From the IMG/VR virus record IMGVR_UViG_3300038312_000096, positions 1 through 57,928 of that record: a DNA stretch of 57,928 nucleotides. One strand, 5' to 3'. How positions within the stretch are numbered: position 1 is the first letter of the stretch; every line of letters begins with the position of its first letter. The notes under the pieces are model-generated. The model was not told the origin of the DNA and did not search any database. It saw nothing but the letters and a program-made list of their open reading frames with translations. The DNA comes from a virus (lineage: Duplodnaviria > Caudoviricetes). A program made the position numbers and the translations under genes. Below are positions 56,175 through 57,928 of the stretch, in pieces.

Positions 56175-56684
56175 GTGAAGTGTAAGCATTGTGGAGCGTG
56201 TAATAAATGCAAAAAGCATCAAGAGGTAGTAATAGGCATAGACCTGTCTTCTAGAAAAGACTTAACAGCTGTAGTAAGGAGGCCCATAATGAGTGGAGAC
56301 AAAAGACCTCGTAGTTTAGCGGAGGCTTATAAAAAAACAATAGACGAAAACAAAGAAATCAATTTATCTGAGATAGATGAAGCCGCTGATATTACTATAT
56401 ATGATGGCAGGACTGTAGTATCTTTTAATGATGGTAGCAGGTTGACTCGTTTTGCTGACGGAAACACTTATGCGCAAGACGGCTTTGGTGTGTTTTTAGA
56501 TGATGTAATAGAAAGCGCAAAGTTAAAATATGTTTATATAGTCTTAGAGAAGGTAATGGGGCGCCTTGTGATAAGCGGAGTTTTTGACACAGAAGAAAAG
56601 GCAATGGAATACAAAGACTTAAGATATAGATATAATGTTAGTTGCTTTGTTGAAAAGTGGGAGATTAACGGTAAACTTAAGTAA
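56175..56684 (+). CDS. Hypothetical protein
   Basis: AAGGGGTG RBS. Confidence 0.6.
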   Translation: MKCKHCGACNKCKKHQEVVIGIDLSSRKDLTAVVRRPIMSGDKRPRSLAEAYKKTIDENKEINLSEIDEAADITIYDGRTVVSFNDGSRLTRFADGNTYAQDGFGVFLDDVIESAKLKYVYIVLEKVMGRLVISGVFDTEEKAMEYKDLRYRYNVSCFVEKWEINGKLK

Positions 56685-56710
56685 CTACTTATAGACCATC
56701 TACCTGCAAG

Positions 56711-56756
56711 ATGACAGAAAGATGATAGTTTTGAGGGTGGTTTCTGTGATATTGTG
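56711..56756 (+). promoter_or_regulatory. Probable activator-dependent late promoter of phage B
   Basis: ATGACAG/ATGATAG direct repeat where a -35 would be, then TG-extended -10-like TGTGATATTGT. Confidence 0.55.
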
Positions 56757-56987
56757 TTAGTGGGAGTAGATGTCCCGAAGCCTGACCGCAGAGACAGAGT
56801 GTGGCCAGGCTTTTATTATAACCATCAAGCCTTCTAGCAGGCATTATACTTGTAAATGGCTTGTAATCAACGTTTAGACAAGCACTTAAGCATTAACACA
56901 AACAGAGTAACTAGAAAGGCTTATAAACGTTCTAGTAAAGCCATTATTAAGCAGTTAAGATATAAAAAAGTAGGGAGGTAGTTGTAG

Positions 56988-57128
56988 GTGGAAGTTAACA
57001 AAATAGAACTAGAATTAAGCACTACTAAGCTAACAAAGAAACTGCATTTAATTAGCGATTACTTCAAAGCATTAGCTACTGAGCTAGAAGAAGTAGATAG
57101 AGAAGAAGAAGACTCAAAGGCAAGATAA
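56988..57128 (+). CDS. Small hypothetical protein (46 aa; not in ORF track)
   Basis: GGGAGGT RBS; GTG start. Confidence 0.55.
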   Translation: MEVNKIELELSTTKLTKKLHLISDYFKALATELEEVDREEEDSKAR

Positions 57129-57131
57129 CTA

Positions 57132-57887
57132 GTGCAAAAATGGGCAGAGAAGTTTTATAAAGGCAAAGAGTGGATAAAGCTAAGAAACGCTTACTTCGCT
57201 AGTCAGTACGGTATCTGTGAAAGATGCAGTGAGCCTGGATTAATAGTGCATCACAAGATATATTTAACGCCAAAGAATATAGGCAATCCAGAAGTCTCCC
57301 TCAACTGGGACTTGCTAGAACTACTGTGCTTAGAGTGCCACAACAAAGAGCATGGCGGGGATGTTATTGCAGATGGCCTCATGTTTGACGAGGATGGGAA
57401 CCTGGTAAAGGAGAGACAAGCTATGCGAGGCTACAAGTTTGACGCAGAAGGCAACATGGTGCCAGCAGATGTCTATGTCGTTTGGGGAGCACCAGCTAGC
57501 GGTAAGACTACTTACGTCAGAAACCACATGAAGCCTGGTGACCTAGTGATTGACCTAGATTTAATAAAGCAGGCAATCAGTATGCAGGGCAGGGACGAGG
57601 TAGACGGTTCTCTGCTTAATATAGCAATACAAGTAAGAGACATGCTTTATAGCCTGGTAGCTAATAGAAAAGTTAATAGTGATGTGTGGGTAGTAGCTTG
57701 CTTACCTAAGGATGAACAGAGAGATAAGCTTGGGGAACTTCTTAAGACAAGTAAGTTTATATATATCAATGCGACCAAAGAAGAGTGCATACAGAGAGCT
57801 TTATCTGATAGTGATAGAGCAGATAAGGAATTGCAGTTAGAGATAATAGAAACATGGTTTAACAGTCATTGTAGTGGCAACGATTAA
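57132..57887 (+). CDS. Packaging-type HNH endonuclease fused to a P-loop kinase-like domain
   Basis: CERC; VHHK; LC.ECHNKEH; then WGAPASGKTTYV; internal RBS and ATG at 57423. Confidence 0.85.
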   Translation: MQKWAEKFYKGKEWIKLRNAYFASQYGICERCSEPGLIVHHKIYLTPKNIGNPEVSLNWDLLELLCLECHNKEHGGDVIADGLMFDEDGNLVKERQAMRGYKFDAEGNMVPADVYVVWGAPASGKTTYVRNHMKPGDLVIDLDLIKQAISMQGRDEVDGSLLNIAIQVRDMLYSLVANRKVNSDVWVVACLPKDEQRDKLGELLKTSKFIYINATKEECIQRALSDSDRADKELQLEIIETWFNSHCSGND

Positions 57888-57928
57888 CCCCCCCTATCTG
57901 GGTTAAGTGGGACTTATGGCCCGTACCG

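Larger units (their letters stand above)
40396..57928. mobile_element. Phage B: lysogeny/early half of an integrating phage in attP (excised) configuration
   Basis: attP tRNA fragment with phage DNA on both sides, tyrosine integrase, cI/cro, YqaJ/RecT, initiator/DnaC, ArpU-like activator, HNH; left boundary uncertain. Confidence 0.85.

Noticed and set aside
1669-57527. Many short antisense or overlapping ORFs in the six-frame track
   Set aside because: Shadows of real genes with no RBS or recognisable motifs

Overview
The window is phage DNA throughout and joins two related temperate siphophages, probably of a Bacillota (Firmicutes) host given the sigmaA/sigmaH promoters, Cheo-type LexA box and gene families. 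Phage A (1-~40307) looks like a complete, circularisable phage-plasmid. It has no integrase. It carries an HTH Rep with an antisense-RNA/attenuator leader, ParA plus a small partner with AT-rich parS-like repeats, an Xre repressor, ERF/Gam recombination genes, a C5 methyltransferase, an initiator/DnaC pair, tRNA-Thr(TGT), an SPP1-like packaging, head and tail module, a lysis cassette, and a deletion scar joining FtsK and SNF2-helicase fragments. Phage B (~40396-57928) is the early half of an integrating phage: attP (3' part of tRNA-Arg(ACG)) with arm repeats, tyrosine integrase, S24 repressor/Cro, Rha, YqaJ/RecT, initiator/DnaC, an ArpU-like activator and HNH, ending at a cos-like sequence. 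The first 88 bp of the window recur exactly at 40308, so the join is either an assembly-graph chimera or a real cointegrate. The most notable signals not shown by the ORF track are: a type I hammerhead ribozyme upstream of ERF; a prfB-style SD-CTT-TGA +1 frameshift that would extend a holin; antisense attenuation control of rep; a sigmaH/LexA-controlled 35-aa peptide behind a non-cleavable repressor; an alternative-frame methyltransferase peptide with a G-tract frameshift; an ATC-initiated endolysin; and a recurring TTCTAGCWGGSA-anchored periodic DNA element. All family calls come from motif recognition by eye, not from database searches.
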